Assembly (NCBI RefSeq): GCF_009914755.1
Contig: NC_060938.1
DNA length: 64,000 nucleotides
From: the human T2T-CHM13v2.0 reference genome, Homo sapiens
Direction: 5' to 3' (one strand)
Position 1 is the first letter of the stretch, and the number at the start of each line of letters is the position of its first letter. Of this stretch, positions 51,809 to 64,000 are shown piece after piece. Both the position numbers and the translations under genes were made by a program. Below the pieces are notes generated by a model that searched no databases, had not been told where the DNA came from, and saw nothing but the letters and a program-made list of their open reading frames with translations.

Positions 51809-54800
51809 CATGTCTAGCGTGACCCTCCTTCCTGGCAGTGACACTGTTGATGTGAACCCCAATTTCACATCTGTCATTTGTAAATAGGACCATTTTCCCT
51901 TTTCGCTCTCCCTTCCATTCACAGGGCTTTTCATTCTCTCTGTTACTGCCTCCGTTTCAGATATTTACTCACCTTTTTCTCTCTCACTATGTCTGCCGTG
52001 GGCTCCATGAGAGTGCGCCACATAAGATTCCCCCATTAAAAGTCATGAATTGAGTGGCTTTTAGTATACCTGTGGTTGTGCACATTCAAATTTAATTCGC
52101 AATTCATTGTAGAACGTCTTATCACTCCCGGCCAGAGAAAAACCCTGTAGACATTAGTCACTCCTCATTCTGTCTCAAACCCTCTCCCTCACCCGCAGCC
52201 CTAGGTAGCAACTACCTAGTGCGATCAATCCCATATGCATAGATTACCATATTGTGGACATTTCCTACAAGCGGAATTGCACAATAGGGGAGCTGTTATG
52301 ACTGACATAACACGTAACACAATATTTTCAAGATTCGTCCACATTGTAGGCTTACCCACAGGGGGAAACCATTTTTTTGGGGGCTTTTAGTAACACCGGT
52401 GTTTTCTCCTTCGTTACGTCCTTCTTTCCTTCCTTCCTTCCTTCCTTCCTTCCTGACTTCCTTCTTTCCTTCCCTCCTTCCTCCTATTTCTCTCTTACTC
52501 CTTCTGCCCTCTCTCTTTCCTATGCCTTAGGTGCATCCCACATTCTGCGTTTTTTTGGGGAAATCCTCGACAGGTGCAGGAAAATTGTGTTATTGTAACT
52601 ATTTACCGTTATCTCTCTTTCACGGCTCTCCATCAGTTGTGAATATCTATTGGTTTATCCCAAGTCTCTAAGCATATTTTCATTAGGTAAACCTGTTTTT
52701 CCTTATACAGCTGTTTCTGGAGTATAGGGTCGCATACTCATAAACCCAGTGTAACTCAGAAACGCATCTAATATTCCAGTAAACCCATCATAACGTTGAA
52801 AAATCGTAAATCAAACCATCATAAGTCACGGTTTGTCCGTGGATATGGGCCTCATCAATTCCATTGTATTCAGTAATGCTGTACACCATTAACAATGGCA
52901 GACTGATTGGGAGTGGATATTGATAGCATTATAAAAGTCAGTTATTAGAGGGATACTTCTTTAACCTGACTGAAGAACTGATCTAATGGCTTTAGTACAG
53001 TGCATGATTATGTGCGATGTTTTGAGACAGAGTAGTACATTTGTGAATGAAATTTTATGGCTTTTTTTTTCACTTAGTAGGAACCATTGTGTGTGGAAAA
53101 GTGAGAAAATGGCTTTCTGCTGTAGGGTCTGGCATTCATTGTAGATGTAAGCTTATTTTTCTGTGAGCAAATCTTATTCAATAAAATACTACTCTTTATA
53201 CTAAAAATCAAAAACAGTGGTGATGTGTGGTCATTATCCTCAGCAAACTTATCCAGGGAAAGAAAACCAAACGCCACAACTCACTTATAATGGGAGCTGA
53301 AAAATGAGATCCCATGGACACAGGAAGGGGAACAACACACACTGGGGCCTTCCGGGAGACAGAGCGTTAAGAAAAACAGCTACTGCATGCTGGGATTAAT
53401 ACCTAGGTGATGGGTTGACAGGTGCAGCAAACCACCATGGCACACGTTTACCTTAGTAACAAATCTGCACATCCTGCACATATACCCCAGAACTTAGGAA
53501 CGAAACGAAACAAAAGACAACGAAAAAGCAACAGCAAAACGCTAAAGGCAAAATAAAGTTTCAAACTGAGAAAGTGACAGACCAACGTCTGGTTCAAATC
53601 ATGGTTCTCAACCCAGGTGCCATAAGGTCAGGATAAAGGATGTGATTACATATTGTCAATAAGACATGCAGCAAATGACCAGAATGATTATTCTCAACAT
53701 ATGAGTGTCTTCTAATTCAATGGCGACGCTATCTACCGGGACATAGCATTAGATTCCAAAGGGCCGAGTCCCGCCAGACAGGCCTCCCACACTAATAACA
53801 ATGGGAAGCCCTACGTTGCTTTACCTGTGCTTCTCAGCCACTGGCTATAAATCAGGTTGCCACCACTCCCAGATTTAGTTGCATTCATTTGCTGGAAGAG
53901 CTCACAGCACGCAGGGAAACACATTTGCCGTTGTATTTTAGCGGACATTGCACAAAGTTCAGAAATAAATGTGGGGCCCGGCATGTGGGGAGGGGCGCAC
54001 TACCTTCCAGGAAGTGCTATCCAGAAGCTCTCTGAACCCAGTCCTTTTGGGTTTTGATGGAGACCTCATTCTATAGGCATGATGGGTTAAACCATAGGCT
54101 ATTGGTGATCAACTCCACCTGGGGCTCTCCACCCTCCCTGGAAATTGGGGTTGAGGCTTTGCCATCCTCAGTCTGACTAAAAGAATTTACCCAAACGGAA
54201 TTTTAAAACCGATGAGCATAACTGGAATCTTAATTAGATGATTGGATTATCTGGAGCCACACCTTGATATTCCTAACCCGAGCACCCTCATCCAACGAAT
54301 GCTCCACCCAACTGGCTCCCAAGTCTCTACGTGGTTCCAGAGCAAAAGGATGTTGATACAACGCATATCTCCACCTTTTCTTCAAAGTCTTTACGCTTAC
54401 ACGGAAAGACTTCTTCAACTGCCATGCATCAGGGTCAGGGGGAGGTCTTGTTACAACACAGATCTGCGGATCTCCGGGGTTTGACTGTGGCAAGGATGCT
54501 GCTGGTGTCAAAACCACAACGTGGGAACCACAGAACCACTAGTGGGTTTTCAGTGTTTCAGTGCATACAATTCCTAATATATCTGGCTAAGAAAACTTGT
54601 AAGTTCTTAGATTGTCCCAAAGGTGGCGCATGAAATCAAAGCAGGAGAACAGTTTCCTACGAGGTGTAGCCTGGGAAAGTTGGGGGTGACTGATGGAAAG
54701 GAGGAGTGAAGCTCCACCCTTTCCGCTGCTAGGCTGCGGCCGAGGCAATTTAAACCCACCCTGGCTGGCCTGTACTCAGATCTTCGCGGAGCGGATCAGC

Positions 54801-54903
54801 GGCCGGAGCGTTTGGCGGACTCTGCGTGGACTTGGAGCTCACAGCGTCTTGCGACTTGGAAGCGGATTCAGAGGACAGGACAGAACACTTGGACAAGTGA
54901 ATC

Positions 54904-54934
<31 letters not shown>

Positions 54935-55105
54935 CATTGGTTGGTTGATTTCCATTTTCTTAAGGGGCACATACCTCACACCGCACACACACAAACACAC
55001 ACACGCACACACACACACACACACGCACACACACGCACACACACTCCTTCCTTCTGCGAGTTAGATCATTAGTAGGGGCCCCTGGGAGCTGCAGGTTTCC
55101 TAAAC

Positions 55106-58087
55106 ATGTCTGCACCTAAGAACAGTAGGGTCTTGTCTGGCTCTTCTTATGAACGGTCCCCCAGCCCGGACTCCCCAAGGTCCATGCGAGCCTCACCCAG
55201 CTTCTCCCTCTCCCCTCTCAGAAACTCAGGCTTAAGGGGAAGCTCCTCACCAGGGATCGGGAGCTACCATTCACCATCCCCTAGGGCTTCACCACACTCA
55301 CCTCTGTCATCACCAGAATCCCACAAGCTCCCATTTCCCTGTCCTCACCGTGATGGGCAATCAATAAAGCCATTGGGCTCTCCCGTGTCCTCCTCTGAGG
55401 AATCCTCAGAGTCCCCACGTTCATCAATAATATACCACATGTTCTTACTGCCATCACCCAGCAGCTCACCCCCAGCTCTCGGGGGGTCTCCTGTGTCTCC
55501 CAGCTACTCTCCAAACAACCCCAGATTTCAGCTGCGGTCAGCCCCCCACACCAAGGAATCACCTACAAACTCACGAGCCTCACTTTTCTCCACCCCTGTG
55601 TCTTTCATCTCTTCACCCCCAGGCCTCAGGGACCCTCCTGTGGCTCCCAGTTACTCTCCAGCCATCCCCAGGTTCCTGCGGGAGTCAGCCCCATACACCC
55701 AGGAGTCCCCCAGAGACTCACAGGTCTTGGGAGATTATGAGCGGTCCCTCAGCCCTGACTCCTCAAGATTCATGCCTGCCTCACCCAGCTTCTCCCTCTC
55801 CCCTCCCAGAAACTCAGACCCAAGGGGCAGCTCCTCACCAGGGATGTGGAAGTCCTCTACATCATCCCGCAGGGCTTCACCACTCTCACATCCGTCATCA
55901 ACAGAATTCCACAACTTTACGTTTCCCTTTCCTAACCAAGCAGGACAGTCACTCATGTCATTGTGTTCTCCCGTGACCTCCTCTGGAGATTCTTCACAGT
56001 CACCTCATTCATCAATAATATACCATATGTTCTTACTGCCATCATCCAGCAGCTCACCCCCAGCCACCCATGACTCTCCTGTCTGTCCCAGCTACTCTCC
56101 AACTACGCCCAGATTTCAGCGGGAGTCTGTACCCCACACCCCAGAAACACCTACAAACTCACAGACCTCAGTGAGATCCTCGCCAGTCTCTCTCACGTCT
56201 TCACCCCCAGCCCTTACGGACCCTCCAGTCTGTCCCAGCTACTCTCCAACCACGCCCACATTTCAGCGCGGGTCAGTTCCAGGAACCCAGGGATCACCAC
56301 CAAGCCCACCGCTTTCACTGAGTTACTCCCCAGTCTCTAGCACGTCTTTATCTCCAACCCTCAGGGACTCGCCTGTCTGTCCCAGCTACTCTCCAAACAC
56401 GCCCACACTTCAGCGGGAGTCCGTTGCAGGCACCCAGAAGTCACCACCAAACTCACCAATTTCACTGCGTTACTCCCCAGTCTCTCTCATGTCTTCACCA
56501 TCCCTCAGGGACTCTCCCGTCTGTCCCAGCTACTCTCCAACCACGCCCACATTTCAGCTGGAGTCAGTTCCAGGCACCCCGGAATCACCACCAAACTCAC
56601 CAATTTCACTCAGTTACTCCCCAGTCTCTAGCACGTCTTTATCTCCAACCCTCAGGGACTCTCCTGTGTGTCCCAGCTACTCTCCAACCACGCCCACACT
56701 TCAGCGGGAGTCAGTTCCAGGCACCCAGGAATCACCACCAAACTCACCAATTTCACTCAATTACTCTCCAGTCTCTCTCGTGTCTTCACCAGCCCTCAGG
56801 GACTCTCCTGTCTGTCCCAGCTACTCTACAACCACGCCCACATTTCAGCTGGAGTCAGTTCGAGGCACCCCGGAGTCACCACCAAACTCACCAGTTTCAC
56901 TCAGTTACTCCTCGGTCTCTCTCATGTCTTCACCCCCAGCCCTCAGGGACTCTCCTGTGCGTCCCAGCTACTCTCCAACCATGCCCAGATTCCAGCGGGA
57001 GTCAGTTCCAGGCACCCATGTATCACCACCAAACTCAGCAGTTTCACTGAGTTACTCCCCAGTCTCTCTCATGTCTTCACCCCCAGATCCCTGGGACTCT
57101 CCTGTCTGTCCCAGCTACTCTCCCACCACGCCCAGATTTCAGCGGGAGTCAGCCTCCCACACTCCGGAATCAGATACAGACTCACAGACTTCACTGAACT
57201 CCTCCCTGGTCTCTCTCAGGTCTTTGCCCTCATCCCACAGGGACTCTTGTGTCTCTTTCAGCTACTCTCAAAACTTCTCTAGATTCCAGCTGGAGTCAGT
57301 TCCAGGCACCCACGATACACCACCGAACTCACGAATTTCACTGACTTACGCCCCAGTCTCCCTCATGTTCTCACCCCCAGCCCTCAGGGACTCTTCTGTC
57401 TCTCTCAGCTACTCTCCAACCATCTCCAGATTTCACCTGGAGTCAGCTTCCCACACCCTGGAATCACCTGCAAACTCACGGACCTTACTGCAACCATCCC
57501 CCATTTCTTTCACCTCTTCACCCCCTGCCTTCAGGGACTCTCCTGGGTCTCCCAGCTTCTCTCCAGCCTTCCCCAGATTTCTGCCACAGTCAGCCCCAGG
57601 CACCCAGGACAACCCTAGACACTCACAGGCCTCACCAGACTATCTCCCTATGACCTGTACCTATACAGGGATGGCTCCCACGCATCCCTCAGTGACCCCA
57701 AACCCATCTCCACTTACACTCAGGCACTCCCAGGGCCTGACAGCTACTCCCCGTTATTGTCCTTCAGTTCGAAGCCCTGGCCAATCTACTAGCCCACATG
57801 ACGCAGTTACCTGGCCATTTCTCCACGGTTCCCGGGAGGGCCCCACACCCAGCCGCACAAGAGCCCCTCCTGCATTCCGTCCTCACACGCAGGCCTGTCC
57901 ATCTACTTGCTACTGTCACACTCTTGCCAGCAGAAGAGGCCCCTGTAATGGCCGATATCACCACCCAGTCTATCCTCACCCCACAGCTGTGCAGCGGGAA
58001 CCCCCTGCTGGCCCACGTGGCTGCCACAGCCCATGCTGGCACGACGCTCCAGCAGGTCGGCGTCCCTGCGGGCCAAACTACCGGTGA
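55106..58087 (+). CDS. 993-aa CTD-heptad-like repeat protein, intact copy (type B)
   Basis: Full ORF. Confidence 0.7.
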   Translation: MSAPKNSRVLSGSSYERSPSPDSPRSMRASPSFSLSPLRNSGLRGSSSPGIGSYHSPSPRASPHSPLSSPESHKLPFPCPHRDGQSIKPLGSPVSSSEESSESPRSSIIYHMFLLPSPSSSPPALGGSPVSPSYSPNNPRFQLRSAPHTKESPTNSRASLFSTPVSFISSPPGLRDPPVAPSYSPAIPRFLRESAPYTQESPRDSQVLGDYERSLSPDSSRFMPASPSFSLSPPRNSDPRGSSSPGMWKSSTSSRRASPLSHPSSTEFHNFTFPFPNQAGQSLMSLCSPVTSSGDSSQSPHSSIIYHMFLLPSSSSSPPATHDSPVCPSYSPTTPRFQRESVPHTPETPTNSQTSVRSSPVSLTSSPPALTDPPVCPSYSPTTPTFQRGSVPGTQGSPPSPPLSLSYSPVSSTSLSPTLRDSPVCPSYSPNTPTLQRESVAGTQKSPPNSPISLRYSPVSLMSSPSLRDSPVCPSYSPTTPTFQLESVPGTPESPPNSPISLSYSPVSSTSLSPTLRDSPVCPSYSPTTPTLQRESVPGTQESPPNSPISLNYSPVSLVSSPALRDSPVCPSYSTTTPTFQLESVRGTPESPPNSPVSLSYSSVSLMSSPPALRDSPVRPSYSPTMPRFQRESVPGTHVSPPNSAVSLSYSPVSLMSSPPDPWDSPVCPSYSPTTPRFQRESASHTPESDTDSQTSLNSSLVSLRSLPSSHRDSCVSFSYSQNFSRFQLESVPGTHDTPPNSRISLTYAPVSLMFSPPALRDSSVSLSYSPTISRFHLESASHTLESPANSRTLLQPSPISFTSSPPAFRDSPGSPSFSPAFPRFLPQSAPGTQDNPRHSQASPDYLPMTCTYTGMAPTHPSVTPNPSPLTLRHSQGLTATPRYCPSVRSPGQSTSPHDAVTWPFLHGSREGPTPSRTRAPPAFRPHTQACPSTCYCHTLASRRGPCNGRYHHPVYPHPTAVQREPPAGPRGCHSPCWHDAPAGRRPCGPNYR

Positions 58088-61000
58088 CATGTCTAGCGTC
58101 ACCCTCCTTCCTGGCAGTGACACTGTTGATGTGAACCCCAATTTCACATCTGTCATTTGTAAATAGGACCATTTTCCCTTTTCGCTCTCCCTTCCATTCA
58201 CAGGGCTTTTCATTCTCTCTGTTACTGCCTCCGTTTCAGATATTTACTCACCTTTTTCTCTCTCACTATGTCTGCCGTGGGCTCCATGAGAGTGCGCCAC
58301 ATAAGATTCCCCCATTAAAAGTCATGAATTGAGTGGCTTTTAGTATACCTGTGGTTGTGCACATTCAAATTTAATTCGCAATTCATTGTAGAACGTCTTA
58401 CCACTCCCGGCCAGAGAAAAACCCTGTAGACATTAGTCACTCCTCATTCTGTCTCAAACCCTCTCCCTCACCCGCAGCCCTAGGTAGCAACTACCTAGTG
58501 CGATCAATCCCATATGCATAGATTACCATATTGTGGACATTTCCTACAAGCGGAATTGCACAATAGGGGAGCTGTTATGACTGACATAACACGTAACACA
58601 ATATTTTCAAGATTCGTCCACATTGTAGGCTTACCCACAGGGGGAAACCATTTTTTTGGGGGCTTTTAGTAACACCGGTGTTTTCTCCTTCGTTACGTCC
58701 TTCTTTCCTTCCTTCCTTCCTTCCTTCCTTCCTGACTTCCTTCTTTCCTTCCCTCCTTCCTCCTATTTCTCTCTTACTCCTTCTGCCCTCTCTCTTTCCT
58801 ATGCCTTAGGTGCATCCCACATTCTGCGTTTTTTTGGGGAAATCCTCGACAGGTGCAGGAAAATTGTGTTATTGTAACTATTTACCGTTATCTCTCTTTC
58901 ACGGCTCTCCATCAGTTGTGAATATCTATTGGTTTATCCCAAGTCTCTAAGCATATTTTCATTAGGTAAACCTGTTTTTCCTTATACAGCTGTTTCTGGA
59001 GTATAGGGTCGCATACTCATAAACCCAGTGTAACTCAGAAACGCATCTAATATTCCAGTAAACCCATCATAACGTTGAAAAATCGTAAATCAAACCATCA
59101 TAAGTCACGGTTTGTCCGTGGATATGGGCCTCATCAATTCCATTGTATTCAGTAATGCTGTACACCATTAACAATGGCAGACTGATTGGGAGTGGATATT
59201 GATAGCATTATAAAAGTCAGTTATTAGAGGGATACTTCTTTAACCTGACTGAAGAACTGATCTAATGGCTTTAGTACAGTGCATGATTATGTGCGATGTT
59301 TTGAGACAGAGTAGTACATTTGTGAATGAAATTTTATGGCTTTTTTTTTCACTTAGTAGGAACCATTGTGTGTGGAAAAGTGAGAAAATGGCTTTCTGCT
59401 GTAGGGTCTGGCATTCATTGTAGATGTAAGCTTATTTTTCTGTGAGCAAATCTTATTCAATAAAATACTACTCTTTATACTAAAAAACAAAAACAGTGGT
59501 GATGTGTGGTCATTATCCTCAGCAAACTTATCCAGGGAAAGAAAACCAAACGCCACAACTCACTTATAATGGGAGCTGAAAAATGAGATCCCATGGACAC
59601 AGGAAGGGGAACAACACACACTGGGGCCTTCCGGGAGACAGAGCGTTAAGAAAAACAGCTACTGCATGCTGGGCTTAATACCTAGGTGATGGGTTGACAG
59701 GTGCAGCAAACCACCATGGCACACGTTTACCTTAGTAACAAATCTGCACATCCTGCACATATACCCCAGAACTTAGGAACGAAACGAAACAAAAGACAAC
59801 GAAAAAGCAACAGCAAAACGCTAAAGGCAAAATAAAGTTTCAAACTGAGAAAGTGACAGACCAACGTCTGGTTCAAATCATGGTTCTCAACCCAGGTGCC
59901 ATAAGGTCAGGATAAAGGATGTGATTACATATTGTCAATAAGACATGCAGCAAATGACCAGAATGATTATTCTCAACATATGAGTGTCTTCTAATTCAAT
60001 GGCGACGCTATCTACCGGGACATAGCATTAGATTCCAAAGGGCCGAGTCCCGCCAGACAGGCCTCCCACACTAATAACAATGGGAAGCCCTACGTTGCTT
60101 TACCTGTGCTTCTCAGCCACTGGCTATAAATCAGGTTGCCACCACTCCCAGATTTAGTTGCATTCATTTGCTGGAAGAGCTCACAGCACGCAGGGAAACA
60201 CATTTGCCGTTGTATTTTAGCGGACATTGCACAAAGTTCAGAAATAAATGTGGGGCCCGGCATGTGGGGAGGGGCGCACTACCTTCCAGGAAGTGCTATC
60301 CAGAAGCTCTCTGAACCCAGTCCTTTTGGGTTTTGATGGAGACCTCATTCTATAGGCATGATGGGTTAAACCATAGGCTATTGGTGATCAACTCCACCTG
60401 GGGCTCTCCACCCTCCCTGGAAATTGGGGTTGAGGCTTTGCCATCCTCAGTCTGACTAAAAGAATTTACCCAAACGGAATTTTAAAACAGATGAGCATAA
60501 CTGGAATCTTAATTAGATGATTGGATTATCTGGAGCCACACCTTGATATTCCTAACCCGAGCACCCTCATCCAACGAATGCTCCACCCAACTGGCTCCCA
60601 AGTCTCTACGTGGTTCCAGAGCAAAAGGATGTTGATACAACGCATATCTCCACCTTTTCTTCAAAGTCTTTTCGCTTACACGGAAAGACTTCTTCAACTG
60701 CCATGCATCAGGGTCAGGGGGAGGTCTTGTTACAACACAGATCTGCGGATCTCCGGCGTTTGACTGGCAAGGATGCTGCTGGTGTCAAAACCACAACGTG
60801 GGAACCACAGAACCACTAGTGGGTTTTCAGTGTTTCAGTGCATACAATTCCTAATATATCTGGCTAAGAAAACTTGTAAGTTCTTAGATTGTCCCAAAGG
60901 TGGCGCATGAAATCAAAGCAGGAGAACAGTTTCCTTACGAGGTGTAGCCTGGGAAAGTTGGGGGTGACTGATGGAAAGGAGGAGTGAAGCTCCACCCTTT

Positions 61001-61181
61001 CCGCTGCTAGGCTGCGCCCGAGGCAATTTAAACCCACCCTGGCTGGCCTGTACTCAGATCTTCGCGGAGCGGATCAGCGGCCGGAGCGTTTGGCGGACTC
61101 TGCGTGGACTTGGAGCTCACAGCGTCTTGCGACTTGGAAGCGGATTCAGAGGACAGGACAGAACACTTGGACAAGTGAATC

Positions 61182-61212
<31 letters not shown>

Positions 61213-61383
61213 CATTGGTTGGTTGATTTCCATTTTCTTAAGGGGCACATACCTCACACCGCACACACACAAACACACACACGCACACACACACACACAC
61301 ACGCACACACACGCACACACACTCCTTCCTTCTGCGAGTTAGATCATTAGTAGGGGCCCCTGGGAGCTGCAGGTTTCCTAAAC

Positions 61384-64000
61384 ATGTCTGCACCTAAGAA
61401 CAGTAGGGTCTTGTCTGGCTCTTCTTATGAACGGTCCCCCAGCCCGGACTCCCCAAGGTCCATGCGAGCCTCACCCAGCTTCTCCCTCTCCCCTCTCAGA
61501 AACTCAGGCTTAAGGGGAAGCTCCTCACCAGGGATCGGGAGCTACCATTCACCATCCCCTAGGGCTTCACCACACTCACCTCTGTCATCACCAGAATCCC
61601 ACAAGCTCCCATTTCCCTGTCCTCACCGTGATGGGCAATCAATAAAGCCATTGGGCTCTCCCGTGTCCTCCTCTGAGGAATCCTCAGAGTCCCCACGTTC
61701 ATCAATAATATACCACATGTTCTTACTGCCATCACCCAGCAGCTCACCCCCAGCTCTCGGGGGGTCTCCTGTGTCTCCCAGCTACTCTCCAAACAACCCC
61801 AGATTTCAGCTGCGGTCAGCCCCCCACACCAAGGAATCACCTACAAACTCACGAGCCTCACTTTTCTCCACCCCTGTGTCTTTCATCTCTTCACCCCCAG
61901 GCCTCAGGGACCCTCCTGTGGCTCCCAGTTACTCTCCAGCCATCCCCAGGTTCCTGCGGGAGTCAGCCCCATACACCCAGGAGTCCCCCAGAGACTCACA
62001 GGTCTTGGGAGATTATGAGCGGTCCCTCAGCCCTGACTCCTCAAGATTCATGCCTGCCTCACCCAGCTTCTCCCTCTCCCCTCCCAGAAACTCAGACCCA
62101 AGGGGCAGCTCCTCACCAGGGATGTGGAAGTCCTCTACATCATCCCGCAGGGCTTCACCACTCTCACATCCGTCATCAACAGAATTCCACAACTTTACGT
62201 TTCCCTTTCCTAATCAAGCAGGACAGTCACTCATGTCATTGTGTTCTCCTGTGACCTCCTCTGGAGATTCTTCACAGTCACCTCATTCATCAATAATATA
62301 CCATATGTTCTTATTGCCATCATCCAGCAGCTCACCCCCAGCCACCCATGACTCTCCTGTCTGTCCCAGCTACTCTCCAACTACGCCCAGATTTCAGCGG
62401 GAGTCTGTACCCCACACCCCAGAAACACCTACAAACTCACAGACCTCAGTGAGATCCTCGCCAGTCTCTCTCACGTCTTCACCCCCAGCCCTTACGGACC
62501 CTCCAGTCTGTCCCAGCTACTCTCCAACCACGCCCACATTTCAGCGCGGGTCAGTTCCAGAAACCCAGGGATCACCACCAAGCCCACCGCTTTCACTGAG
62601 TTACTCCCCAGTCTCTAGCACGTCTTTATCTCCAACCCTCAGGGACTCGCCTGTCTGTCCCAGCTACTCTCCAAACACGCCCACACTTCAGCGGGAGTCC
62701 GTTGCAGGCACCCAGAAGTCACCACCAAACTCACCAATTTCACTGCGTTACTCCCCAGTCTCTCTCATGTCTTCACCATCCCTCAGGGACTCTCCCGTCT
62801 GTCCCAGCTACTCTCCAACCACGCCCACATTTCAGCTGGAGTCAGTTCCAGGCACCCCGGAATCACCACCAAACTCACCAATTTCACTCAGTTACTCCCC
62901 AGTCTCTAGCACGTCTTTATCTCCAACCCTCAGGGACTCTCCTGTGTGTCCCAGCTACTCTCCAACCACGCCCACACTTCAGCGGGAGTCAGTTCCAGGC
63001 ACCCAGGAATCACCACCAAACTCACCAATTTCACTCAATTACTCTCCAGTCTCTCTCGTGTCTTCACCAGCCCTCAGGGACTCTCCTGTCTGTCCCAGCT
63101 ACTCTACAACCACGCCCACATTTCAGCTGGAGTCAGTTCCAGGCACCCCGGAGTCACCACCAAACTCACCAGTTTCACTCAGTTACTCCCCGGTCTCTCT
63201 CATGTCTTCACCCCCAGCCCTCAGGGACTCTCCTGTGCGTCCCAGCTACTCTCCAACCATGCCCAGATTCCAGCGGGAGTCAGTTCCAGGCACCCATGTA
63301 TCACCACCAAACTCAGCAGTTTCACTGAGTTACTCCCCAGTCTCTCTCATGTCTTCACCCCCAGACCCCTGGGACTCTCCTGTCTGTCCCAGCTACTCTC
63401 CCACCACGCCCAGATTTCAGCGGGAGTCAGCCTCCCACACTCCGGAATCAGATACAGACTCACAGACTTCACTGAACTCCTCCCTGGTCTCTCTCAGGTC
63501 TTTGCCCTCATCCCACAGGGACTCTTGTGTCTCTTTCAGCTACTCTCAAAACTTCTCTAGATTCCAGCTGGAGTCAGTTCCAGGCACCCACGATACACCA
63601 CCGAACTCACGAATTTCACTGACTTACGCCCCAGTCTCCCTCATGTTCTCACCCCCAGCCCTCAGGGACTCTTCTGTCTCTCTCAGCTACTCTCCAACCA
63701 TCTCCAGATTTCACCTGGAGTCAGCTTCCCACACCCTGGAATCACCTGCAAACTCACGGACCTTACTGCAACCATCCCCCATTTCTTTCACCTCTTCACC
63801 CCCTGCCTTCAGGGACTCTCCTGGGTCTCCCAGCTTCTCTCCAGCCTTCCCCAGATTTCTGCCACAGTCAGCCCCAGGCACCCAGGACAACCCTAGACAC
63901 TCACAGGCCTCACCAGACTATCTCCCTATGACCTGTACCTATACAGGGATGGCTCCCACGCATCCCTCAGTGACCCCAAACCCATCTCCACTTACACTCA
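61384..64000 (+). CDS. CTD-heptad-like repeat protein, 5' part (runs off window end)
   Basis: ATG at 61384 in the same context; no stop seen before the window end, which explains its absence from the ORF track. Confidence 0.6.
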   Translation, partial: MSAPKNSRVLSGSSYERSPSPDSPRSMRASPSFSLSPLRNSGLRGSSSPGIGSYHSPSPRASPHSPLSSPESHKLPFPCPHRDGQSIKPLGSPVSSSEESSESPRSSIIYHMFLLPSPSSSPPALGGSPVSPSYSPNNPRFQLRSAPHTKESPTNSRASLFSTPVSFISSPPGLRDPPVAPSYSPAIPRFLRESAPYTQESPRDSQVLGDYERSLSPDSSRFMPASPSFSLSPPRNSDPRGSSSPGMWKSSTSSRRASPLSHPSSTEFHNFTFPFPNQAGQSLMSLCSPVTSSGDSSQSPHSSIIYHMFLLPSSSSSPPATHDSPVCPSYSPTTPRFQRESVPHTPETPTNSQTSVRSSPVSLTSSPPALTDPPVCPSYSPTTPTFQRGSVPETQGSPPSPPLSLSYSPVSSTSLSPTLRDSPVCPSYSPNTPTLQRESVAGTQKSPPNSPISLRYSPVSLMSSPSLRDSPVCPSYSPTTPTFQLESVPGTPESPPNSPISLSYSPVSSTSLSPTLRDSPVCPSYSPTTPTLQRESVPGTQESPPNSPISLNYSPVSLVSSPALRDSPVCPSYSTTTPTFQLESVPGTPESPPNSPVSLSYSPVSLMSSPPALRDSPVRPSYSPTMPRFQRESVPGTHVSPPNSAVSLSYSPVSLMSSPPDPWDSPVCPSYSPTTPRFQRESASHTPESDTDSQTSLNSSLVSLRSLPSSHRDSCVSFSYSQNFSRFQLESVPGTHDTPPNSRISLTYAPVSLMFSPPALRDSSVSLSYSPTISRFHLESASHTLESPANSRTLLQPSPISFTSSPPAFRDSPGSPSFSPAFPRFLPQSAPGTQDNPRHSQASPDYLPMTCTYTGMAPTHPSVTPNPSPLTL

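Larger units (their letters stand above)
1..64000 (+). repeat. ~6.28-kb tandem macrosatellite, ~10.2 head-to-tail units; resembles the ACRO1 composite repeat of primate acrocentric/pericentromeric regions
   Basis: The same ORFs and sequence landmarks recur with spacings of 6280, 6288, 6280, 6280, 6280, 6279, 6279, 6279 and 6278 bp. The tandem structure is directly visible. The ACRO family name is recalled from the 147-bp monomer plus L1/MER21 composite layout. Confidence 0.95.

Noticed and set aside
1-64000. CRISPR array, rRNA/tRNA genes or prokaryotic systems
   Set aside because: The repeats are contiguous with no unique spacers, the sequence is primate-like with L1/LTR remnants, and no structural RNA gene was recognised.
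1-64000. Array as a pure assembly artefact
   Set aside because: Units carry distinct, patterned variants and subtypes, consistent with a real array; exact copy number still needs read support.

Overview
The whole window is a primate (human-like) head-to-tail macrosatellite. It holds about 10.2 near-identical units of 6278-6288 bp, with ORF starts at 4861, 11141, 17429, 23709, 29989, 36269, 42548, 48827, 55106 and 61384. Each unit combines an internal 147-bp satellite with L1MB-like, L1PA-like and MER21-like fragments and microsatellites. From recall, not a database search, this matches the ACRO1 composite repeat of acrocentric short arms. The main observation is that the 'satellite' reads as a gene. 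Each unit carries a 2982-bp uninterrupted ORF (993 aa, Ser/Pro-rich) whose 147-bp monomer encodes 49 aa, which parse as 7 degenerate RNA Pol II CTD-like heptads (YSPTTPT-FQLESVP-GTPESPP-NSPISLS-YSPVSLM-SSPPALR-DSPVCPS). Upstream lie a TATA-like/Inr core promoter and a perfect DUX4-type motif; candidate poly(A) signals lie downstream. Seven of the nine complete copies are intact and two carry nonsense mutations. Expression, translation and function are inferred, not shown.
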